DNA of 64,000 bases. Origin: Trichoplax adhaerens. Its lineage: Eukaryota > Animalia > Placozoa. Location: contig NW_002060944.1 in NCBI RefSeq assembly GCF_000150275.1, forward strand, positions 8,260,735-8,324,734. Reading direction: 5' to 3'. Position numbers and translations under genes: made by a program. The notes beneath the pieces were generated by a model that was not told the DNA's origin, made no database searches, and was given only the letters and a program-made list of their open reading frames with translations. Each line of letters begins with the position of its first letter. Position 1 is the first letter of the stretch. Below are positions 53,001-64,000 of the stretch, one piece after another.

Positions 53001-55335
53001 TTAATTTAAGGTTGCATAATTACTTAAATAATTCTCTTTTGGCTTTCTGCCCTTAGCAATTACAATATTTAACATAGAATCAGATCCAATCTTACGAAGT
53101 CTTGCTATTTCAATTAAAATATCGTACTGTATCTCCTTGAACGTTGTAATGTCTCGAGATGAACATGACAAGTTTTCCTTCATTTATGTTTTTTTGGCAT
53201 TTAGCAAAATACCGGTAACAATTGTCAACGTAATTTTTATTTACTAGTTTGATTATTAGTCAAATTCAATTGATAATAACAATCTCATTAGCAATGCACA
53301 AGCAATTAATTGAATACCTACTCGAATAGCTACCTATAGTTTTCTCTATTTGTTAACACTTACAAGTACCGGTAGTATTTTTTCTCGTGAGTCTTACTGT
53401 TTTCGATATGGTTATTCATATTAATAACAGCTTTTAAATGGATTGATTAAAGAAATTAATGGATTATACTCTATAATATGATTGTTAGCAGGAAATGTAA
53501 TATCTTATTTTATCAGAAGGTTAACATGAAGTAGTGCATACTTTATAATCATAGGAAATATCGCAGTACAAGTTACCAGCAAAATTGGTTAAATTCCTTC
53601 TTTAATTGCTTACAGTGCTTTAGTAGAGAAGTTGTTACTGAAAAGTATAACTATCAAATTAGGTTTTATTTTCATAGATACAATATAATACATAATCTTT
53701 TTCTATACGTCTAATTAAAACAGACATACTATAGTGTAAAACAATACTTCTTTAGCTTTACTATTTATGCAATATTTTTCCATGTAACTTTTACGTAATG
53801 AGCTAGTACTATGATAATAATTGATCTATAGCCTAATGTGTAAGCCGGTATTATGGCTATTTTTAAAATTCAATCGTCAAGATTATCGGGAATCGAAACG
53901 ATCATGAGGTGATATATATTTTCTCGCAATGTTTGTTGGCTTTAATGGACAGATGTATAGCACCATTATCCTGGAATAAACGAGAAGTTATAATCAACAA
54001 CAGATAAAACAAAAAAACATAAGACTAATATCGATCTATTATCATCATTATTTAAGTCGACATTGTCCAGATATTTATGGATTATAATCAATTAAAATGC
54101 AGACTTCTCTATTGATGTAATTTAATAATAGATATAGATGTATCAATGTCTTTAAAGTGAAATGCATTTTATCATTCTTCATTCACTTGTTTCCATTTCT
54201 TTGATTGCTTATCACTTTAGATATGATGTAAAGTAATTTTACCTATTGGTCGTCATATTGACGTCAATAAATGAAGTAATCGTATAATAATAATAGAATA
54301 ACGGCCAGCCAATAAGTAATAATGTTACATTGACAGGATAAAAATGAACTACTATGGCAAGTGCGATATCGTATACGGTACTAGTGTAAAAGATAGTAAA
54401 TATTATTTATGACTTGTTTTCATGATATTACTTTTGTCTTACAATAATCATAATTACCTGGAATCAGAAAGAAAGGCAGATATTATATTTATTTATAACC
54501 CTAGAGAATTGAATTATAAAGGCAGTAATGACAGCAATGTCAGCTAATTTGAAAGCAAATGAAAGCATCGGTCATGATATATCCAGGACAAATATAAATT
54601 ATTATCATAGCTAGATAGCATTTGGTAAAAGTTATGAAAGCAATATTTAGTATGGTTATAACCGTACATGTTATTTTAAAGCCAATACAAAAAGCAGGTA
54701 TAATCCCCTACAATCATGTTTTCTTTCTTCCTTTTTATTTTTTTCTCCTTAATATCATTTTTATAACCCTTCAATGCATTTCTTAAATAGTATGAGATGT
54801 TATTTCCTTATTGCTATTGATTCAATCTTTCGTCATATGAGTGTCTTCGCTATTAATTTATATTATTTTTATTACATTTGCTACTGATTGCCATTCTCTT
54901 CAGTTTTCTTCTACGTATAATTATTGTATCTGTAAGTTAACAGTAATCCCTGTAAAAGTCTTGATACTAAATCGTAGCGTAAGATTTATGTAAAACATTG
55001 TCAAGAAGTTCATCTACTGTTTAGATGCATATTTACTCATTTGCTTAATGTATAGATTAGATATTAGAAGCTGCAGAAGAAAAGCGATCACTGCACCATT
55101 ACGAAAGTTAACCAATATTTGGGGGCATTATTCTTAAGCTGTCACTATTGGTATTGCAGTACAAAGAATATTCATATTTAAGTATCAGGTAGGCCTAAAA
55201 TCTTGTTTGCCACTTCGTCTTAGCTATCGAAATTTATACCGATCAACTATTGAACGAATTTTTAAAATTTCGCAAAATTTTAAATGAACTATCGTTTCTT
55301 TGACCGAAAACCCCAGGCCATAAGTCAAGTAAGTG

Positions 55336-58300
55336 ATGAGGATGGCTGTTGTGATCAAAAATGGCGATAATCATGGAAATAATGATAGAAACGAAAGAAA
55401 ACTACAACGACGCCATACTTGGTCTTGTAAAAAGGCATGGCTAGGGTTGAATAACGCTTTAGGTAGCCGGCGTTTATCAGGCGCTAAAAAACGACCAAAT
55501 CGGGCAGGACCTGATACTTGGGATGGTAAGTAACTATTCGTAGTTATAAATAGCTGCACTAGTATCGTTGATTGTCTCCACAGTGACGTATAGTTAGAAA
55601 TGAGAAAGCGTTTTCTTGCATCTCTATGTATGCTCTATAATAAGTCTGTAGACAAAAGTAAATCTTCCAAATTTTTTATTTATACTTTATATAGTTTTAA
55701 AATCTGAAATATTTTCCTAAAATTATAAAAGCATCTTTGTATAATTTAAACATTAATTTTAACCGCTTAATTCCCCAGAAAGATTATTTCATTGTTATAG
55801 TTATAGCTCAATAAATCTTTATCTTTACCCATAACTGTTTTATAGCAAAGTAATTTTATAATATGAATGACATCCATTCGTATTATTTTATGGATGTAAC
55901 AGATACAGTAGTTATTAGTACCAGTAAATGTGTAAGTAACACAAGTCATCCTTCTTTACGTGATTTATTTATTTAATATTACCCAACAAAGCGATGGTCG
56001 TTTATGGTCAAATTTATCTTATTCCTTATATGAATAAGTTATTTTTATTGGGTCTCATAAGTGCTCATTTTCTACATCATTTTTAATTCTTGCACTATGT
56101 AGAAGAAGATGAGGAACAGATGCATACTATTCAAGGTAAAATATGGCTATACTGCCATTTATTTCATCTAGATTGACTTTATTGTAAAGAATGTTTATAC
56201 ACCTAGATTCTTGTTGACTACCTAAGCAATATTTTATCTAAATTTCCTTTCTCGCTTTAAACCATGCTTATAAAGTTTTTTGCTTTTGGAATTTATTACC
56301 CTGAGATTTTTACTAGTAATTTCATAAAATATCTAGTCATCTTAAACATCACAACATTCGTTTTGTTCAATATAGAAAACTGTACTAGCCTAAACTGCGT
56401 GTAAATCAAAGCTAGTACGTAAACAAGCTGTATTTTTCCTTTATGGATTTCTCTCAAATATTACGTTGTTTTCTCGTTGATTAGATTTAGTTAAATGCAT
56501 CTGTGATAATAACGAGGCTGAACTTAGAGAAATACTGAAAGCAGATGACGTTGATATCAACCAGTAAGCCTTCTGTTATAGATTATAAATGTACTTTGTT
56601 CCTGTCTATATGATTTCACGGAATTTGTACTTTCATTTTCAATTTGCTGTTGATAATGTTAATTTAATTCAATGAAAAGTTGCTGTATTTAACGATATTT
56701 CGTAATTCTGTCATCTTTCAGACAATATTTCGGTCAGTTAACTCCTCTTGATATTGCTATCATGTTAAATAATCAGACAATGATACAATTATTGGTATTG
56801 AATGCTGCAGAAGAGAACAAAGCTCGTAAGTAGAAAGCATAATAAATGCTCTATCCAGCATTTATCTTGCAACCTATTATTCGATCTTATATATTAAGTA
56901 AAGGCATCAATATTTCCTCATAACTGTTATTGCCATCATATAATCATAGTCATAACTACCACATAATTCTAAATAGCGACAATAATATTACTTGCTATCG
57001 AATTTTGAAAATAGACTTTTAACCAAGTATTGCGCATAAGAATTCTAATGTAAATATGTCATATAGTTTAGTCGTCAAATAAGAGAATAAACATACCTAG
57101 TCACATAATTTTCTGTAGTAAATAATTTAACACATGGAATACATATAACGATAATTTTCGCTGGTAGTTCTAAAAGAAATAAAGTTAGCTAGTCCTAGTC
57201 TATCATAACGTAACAGTATTCTATGTACTAGCCATCATTATTCTTACCTATCAAAATGTGGCCATCATCTTTTATAAAATGTAATAAAAGGACTGAAAGT
57301 TTCTTATCCTATTAAAATTGAAACAGTTGTGAAAGATCCCTATGCAAGATTAAAACAGCTGAAACAATTGGATGGTGAAATTAGCAGCAAATTAAAGGAA
57401 ATATCTGCCCATAATGTCGAAGGTGCTGAAAATTTAACCAAGGTTCGAAATTGATTGCGCGCCATAATGGATAAATTGATGATAAAACTATTTATCAAGT
57501 TACATGAATTTTGAAATATCTTTTGCTTGGTATTCGTGATCAAAACCATTATGTTATTTTATGCTTCTGCTCTACAGCATTTGTAGTGATGATTAGCAGT
57601 TTATTTAAAAATTAATGATATCACTTTCAACTACATTTCACTTTTTACACACGCTATAGGATGGTAACGATAAGCTTTTAGATGCTAAAGGGTGGAAACT
57701 AAAAAAAGAATTAGTTACTAAAATGATACAATCTATTGATTGTGCAAGTAAGTATAGAAAGCCCTATCATAAATTCTTATAAATTAACCAGCTTTTCTTC
57801 TCGTAACTTAATAGAATTATTGTTAATTGTTCGTTATACGGAAGTGTATTATGATAAAGGTTTAATTCTAACAATTTGAACAAGTTGTCAACATTCACAG
57901 AATATTTGTTGCTTTAATTAATGTAAAATATTGATCTCACTAATAGATCTTCCTGAGCCACCAATGGAGGTTTTGCTAAAAACTAGATCATCTACAACCA
58001 TTATAATTAAATACGTCCCTTCATCAGTCGATAATGGTTCAATGATAACAAATTACAAAAGTAAATAAGAATTTTGCTACGGTTCAAAAATTCAATAATT
58101 ATGCATTTCAATATTTATTTTAATTCTTTTCTTTTTAATCAGTTGAATGGAGTCGTAATTCCTCGTTTGTTCCAATTAGTGGTGAGAAAATAATTGCTTA
58201 TAATGAGAAGCCAGAGCATCATTTAATGAATGTAGTACAGGCAAGTTAGGAGCTTGGATTATTTTATACCAGATACACAGTTATTTACCAAAAACTTTCT

Positions 58301-61300
58301 ATTTATTCAGAAACATCCATGTTATGTACGGGTGTCTGCCTATAATATGAGCGGCTATGGACAACCTAAGTTATCTAATCCGGAGTTCATATCTTCCAAA
58401 AGTAAGTAACACCTTTGATTTTTTTTAATCATAACTACCATAACTCGGAATTTATAAAATTTTATTTTTAAATTTTATAATAGTTTACTTTTTACAATTA
58501 TTACAGACTGGTACAATTACAGTGAAAGCTATCAGACTAGGAAATCTGCTTGCGTAAAATCCTTGCAAAATATTGTCGCCGAGGATATTTGTAGAATAGA
58601 AAGTGCTCTTAAAGATAACATTAGAGGTAATATCGTCTTGTTAATAAAATAAACTGATCGAATATGGATTTTTGTGTGGTATTAGCATGTATTCTTATTT
58701 GGAATACGTCAGCCTAAACATGAGAATAATGCAATCTTTATACCAAAAGTAATGCCTACTTATTTATCATATCAGCCTATCTACAAGTACTGTATTGATT
58801 TGTTTTCAAATTAGTCCAGTACTAAATGATTGAGTTATCATTTCTATGCCACCTCTTATATAAAGATTAACTGTGTATACAGTATGTAATATTGTAGTTC
58901 ACTTACACTATACTCCACTCTTGAATCGCCTAAGAAAATAGTAAATGATTGCAACATATAATTTAATAAAAATTGACGTTTTGGTTTAATGTGAATTCAA
59001 TAGCAAACGAAGTCAACGAGCCAGTACGATACGCGAGACGTCGATCAAGCACTTTACAGAAATTTTTTTTGCCATCTTTGAAACTTTCCAAGCACTTAAA
59101 ACGGTACGAAAGTTTATATATTATTTCAAAATGAGAGATAATCATAAAATGCTATTACCGTGTCGCAAGTACGAAAGAAATTATGCTAGAAAATTCGAAC
59201 AGTAGTTTTACAGTGGATTTTCAGGAGCTATATTGATTGCGTTCATTTAGTGGGTTTTTTATATTAATATTTTAATAAGCTACTAATTGAATTGGTTCAA
59301 TACCTGCTATAGATGGTAATGTCTTTAAATCTATCCAATTTTCTTTTGTTATTAGAGCTATTTATTTGAGTGTTTTATTCTACACGCCAAATGGAAAAAT
59401 CTTAGTTTCCGCGGATGACCTTATCATACCTGTTATTGAAATTGATGACAGCTGCTTTAATATTACTCAACAAGAAATGGCTTGGTTTAGCAAGGTATAT
59501 TCTTAAATTACTGAATCATATATATGAATGCTTATCCAATTATTCAATTTTATTTTTTAATAAAGACGAACTAAAATTTATTATTACTATCCGATAATCA
59601 GTTGACATTTGCATGGGATAAAGCTCGAAAGATGCTAGAAAATATGGATTACTGTATGTCCACTACAAGTAATTTAATAAGGAAAAAAATTTTACAGTCC
59701 GTTACAGCTTATCAGGTAACTTCTATAAGGATAAATGATATAAAGGTAATACGGGATGACTAACTTTTGCACTATGATTGGTAATTGTTCATCAGCAAGC
59801 CTTCTGCATCAGTGATTTAGGAAAATTGTATCACGAGCCTATTCGTGGTGGGCAAAAATCCGTAATTTTCTGTTTGATTAATGAAATTGAGGTTAGATAA
59901 TTTGTTTAAATATTGTTTATTGCCAGGTTATCATCATAATAATATTTATGTCCTTGCTTAATAGAGTCCCAATGCACTCCATACAGGAATGTCGTTTAAA
60001 TGGATTTCTACTAATAAAATAGGACGTAGATTGACGAGTTCTTCATTAGATCAGACAAACGTTAGCGAAGTATTAATGACAAGAACAAATGAGTTGATAG
60101 AATATCACGCCAAATCTTGCGTTACTTTTTCGAGGTATCTTGAAATTTAATTGCCAAGCTGTAATAGTGTAACTGCAACTACGTTCAATGTATACTACAT
60201 TTATCATACTAAAATTATTACTGGATCATTACTTAGTTACATAGTAATGTCTAAATTTTGATAGGCTTTTATCTTAATTTTTAAATACAAAATTAGGGGA
60301 TTATACTTGGGTTATGTGAAGTTACGTTGCACAATAAATGATATTGCTGTCATGACGGATGCCAGTTCGCCAAATACTTTACCATTTGAAAAAATAAGAG
60401 ACAATCCTATTATTGGAAGGTTGGCGAATTGATTAAATTTTTTATGAAATTTATAATAAATGGAATGCACAGTAGTATTCCTGTTAATACATTACAGTTC
60501 AAATTTTATAGTTAATATTTGCGTCGATAGTCTTTGAATCTGAATTGCGCCGACCTGAGCAAATATCTAATAATTTTAAATACAATGCATTATACATTTA
60601 TAGACAAGAGATTGAATGGTTACAAAATGTAGATGGTAAAAAGGTGAAAGAAACAAAAGTAGGTATTTTTAACTTAAGATATGGTATAATAGTTTCCATA
60701 GTTTGATAATATTCAAAATCATATGAGATTTTGACGTGGGAATAACGTTTCTTAATCGTTTTATAATTAGGTTGCGGACTCTCGAAATGGTAGCTTGTTA
60801 AATTTTCAAAAAGCATTGCGTAGTGCCGCTAGAAAATTACTGTGGCGATTAGATCCTGAGGAGGTAAGCATTTACATAGACAATATCACACTTTATATAT
60901 TTGATCAGGCAATAATAATTAATTTCTATTATTTATTGATATAGAAAAAATATGATCACTATCTCTTAATGAACTGTAAAGTTGTGGAATTAAATGAAAA
61001 TGTCACTTTTATATTGATTCATCCATCCGCTGATTCTATCAACTGTATAAAAAATGATGCTAATTCTATAACGGCTAATGGGTATTACTTCCTTCCTATA
61101 ACGCATTTTGAATTAGGCAAGTATAAATAGAGCATGAATATTGCTATCAGACTATCAATATTTTGTGATACTTTAGTAGTGCATTTAGCGATGATATTGC
61201 TGTCCGACTGCTGTTTATGTTATTGATGGAATGTATACTTACGACGGTTATTATACTTTAGCTTGTTTGTACATGTATGAACCGGAAATAGTCCAGTCAT

Positions 61301-61945
61301 ATTGTTGGCTTTCACTTATTCTAAATGTTCTAGAAAATATGGCAAAGAGGGCTGAGAGAGAGGTACTTATGTTAATAATGATGGGATATCCTTCAATTTG
61401 ATGTTAATAAAGAATCTTATTTAGGATTATACTTTTCTTTTTTGTTATTATGCCATATTTACTATATTTCAAGTAATAGTAAAGTTTGGAGCTGCTTCTA
61501 AACGTAGCATCAAACTTTTATTCTTGATTACTTTAAAACGAATGTGATCTATCAATTATACTGATATTAAAGAATACTTAGAATTTCCTATCAAATCTTA
61601 TTCACTTATTAGGCAATAACACAATCAGAAACTATGTTGGCTAAGAAACAATATCAGGAGATTGTCAACTTAACAGAGGTAATAGTTGATAAGATTGCAG
61701 TAGTTTAATGAAGCAAAAAGTATTTTTTACTCTATCAAATCTAACCATAAATTACCTTTTCGAATTTTTCTAATAAGATACTTGTCTTTTGATATTTTTA
61801 ACTCGGTATCCGATGAAAATTGTAGTCTTTAGAAGCAAATTGGAAGGATATGCGATGGATTGGCGAAACCGCTTGCTATATAAGCGGACGGAATAAAGCT
61901 AAACTTTTGTACAGTGTTCCGTTGGCTCGTGTTTTGCAGCCATAG
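55336..61945 (+). CDS. ANKFN1: Ankyrin repeat and fibronectin type III domain protein (wide awake/banderuola family), multi-exon
   Basis: ATG 55336 follows an in-frame TAA. Ankyrin exons LVKCICDNNEAELREILKADDVDINQ and LTPLDIAIMLNN. FN3 exons LPEPP...ITNYKIEWSRNSSF...YVRVSAYNMSGYG. Family motifs GLYLGYVKL, KIRDNPIIGR, LPITHFEL and WKDMRWI. Stop TAG at 61945. Confidence 0.9.
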
Positions 61946-64000
61946 TCAATTATTGATGCAATACTAGTTCGAGATTACGCTGATTTAGCTAAATCATTTA
62001 GTAATACAAATCTCGAATTGCTATAGACGCTGAAACTACTTTAAACGCTAATTTGCTGCGAAATTATTTGTAACATTTGCATATACTGACGTACTTTATA
62101 GTTTATTTCTATATATGAATGTACAGCGTTTACATACGTGTTTTCAGAATAAAGTTTTATTTGTTTGAGAGCAGATTCGCTATTTCTCCGGCGTGCTATA
62201 TGATTTGTCTTGTATAATTATTTGTCAGAAATACACTGTAATTGACAATTGCAAAGTTTTATCAAGACCTCAAGCAATAATTTTGCGTTATTATTATATT
62301 AAACTACAACAAATATTTGTCTAGACTATAGTTGTTTTATTTCGAGTGATGGTAACTGTTATGAGTAGAAACATCTATTGGCAAGTACTTTATATCATAT
62401 ATCTATTTTAATGGAGTCAAATAAATATGGTACTTCTCATAACTAAATGTCATTATTTGTGAGTCGTTTGTACTGATTGTAAAGTTCGAAATAAGTCAAT
62501 CAGATCTACAGCTGTCACTGGCTTATAGTACAATTAATAATTGGATTTAAAACTGTCATGAATAGATTAATTTTTCAAACATTGTTGATAGCTGCAGGCG
62601 TTTGCTTGCCTTAATAAACAAACAAAAAATTTATAGTTCAATTGTCATAAAGACTATTTGTGTACTTGTATATAGAGAAATTTAGCGGTATTAAGATACA
62701 TAGCTATAGGATAGCATAAGACGAAACTAGATTTAATCACCGAGGACATTGAGGTTGTACCCAATTAACATCTAAGGAATAAACATTCACCGCTATTTTA
62801 AATTACCACTCAATACAGTACATTGAAATTTTATTTACAGTAGCTTCCGAAAGTGAGTGGCTCATTCTAAATATTCAAGATGGTATAACAATGATGGCAA
62901 TTTATTTGGTATCTATAATGTTACTTTGTGTGATTGAAAATGTTAATCATCGAAAATTATCAATAGTGAATTATCTATTACGGCTATGATATAAACCTCA
63001 AGTGGCATCTTACAGTAGATGATTGTATCACAATACTTTACTTGTTTGAGCTTTCATTAAAATCATCGCCTATCAACAGGCTGTTTAAATTCCTTATGAA
63101 GTCATGCAATGTTGTATAACTGGTATTAATAGATTAACAAATGGTGAAATATCAAGATGCATTGTATATAATATCTGCTTATTCAGTGCTATTAATAGTA
63201 TGTTATTTATCAAACAGTTTATCACGTATTGGTATCCTGCATTATAACATAAGACTAACTACATTCGCATAGTATGCCGTAGGAAGTAAATAATCTGTTG
63301 TAGCATAATTTAGTGTTTCAACATATATTAAATCAAGCCCTTACACGTCCATAATTAATCATGGTCCGATAAACAATCATAATTTTTTAGCTTGTCCCTT
63401 CGATATTCGTGATTATCCTTGGATACGCTGGGAAAGTGCCCTCAGTTAGTAGATTTGCAAAATTGACTTAATTTCATTAACAATGTCGTCATAGATTGCG
63501 TCAAATTTTGTAATAAAATATACAACATATGCTTATATGCTACATATGATGTGTACTGATGTCATCAGGCTGGAAACGCCATTTAGGGAAAAATTTTTAG
63601 TCAGTATGTTGTCAATATATTTACTTTAATGTGTAGTTTGTATGAAAGATAGCCGTACTAGTCTATACGAGTGCATAATCCTATATAATGAATTTCTGAA
63701 TAGGAGAAGCAATGTAAAACCCAACTAAATGGATCGTGAATGATCACTTATGTTACTTGATTTTATATAAGGAAAACTTTTTCCAGGATTGACAAGCCTA
63801 GTTAAAATACCATTATAATGAAGGTTTTGTTACTGTTTAAATCAATAAAAATTAAATATCTTGTGTTCAATACTATATTTATGACAGCTATTAGTCAAAA
63901 CATTACTTCTAATGAATTGTACTAACTCATTGTAAACTATCGTAATTGCTTTCTATCAATTCCGATTATCGTCATGATAAGGTAATTCATAATAAAACTT

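Noticed and set aside
1-64000. Transposons, RNA genes and prokaryotic defence systems
   Set aside because: No transposase or RT motifs, terminal repeats with target-site duplications, rRNA/tRNA signatures or operons were seen by eye. Small ncRNAs cannot be excluded without a covariance-model search.

Overview
AT-rich, intron-dense animal genomic DNA with mostly 70-200 nt introns. It is most consistent with a placozoan (Trichoplax-like); this is inferred from composition, compact introns and ACAGT arrays. Seven genes were reconstructed by hand across splice sites: CCDC40 (3' part, +), HID1 (-), TBC1D16 (+), an intronless TPMT-family methyltransferase (+), cyclin F/CCNF (+), mitochondrial tyrosyl-tRNA synthetase YARS2 (-) and ANKFN1 (+). 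Points of interest: (1) palindrome-rich ACAGT/ACTGT arrays at the HID1/TBC1D16 divergent promoter and around the CCNF 5' end; (2) the ~19 kb apparent gene desert (36-55 kb) and several spacers appear to be built from decayed rhodopsin-class GPCR relics, plus LamG/pentraxin-like relics; (3) a textbook CDE-4nt-CHR element upstream of cyclin F; (4) three GC-AG introns inferred from frame continuity; (5) gene linkage resembling human 17q. No rRNA, tRNA, CRISPR array or intact transposon was seen. All homology calls are from memory of motifs, not from database searches.
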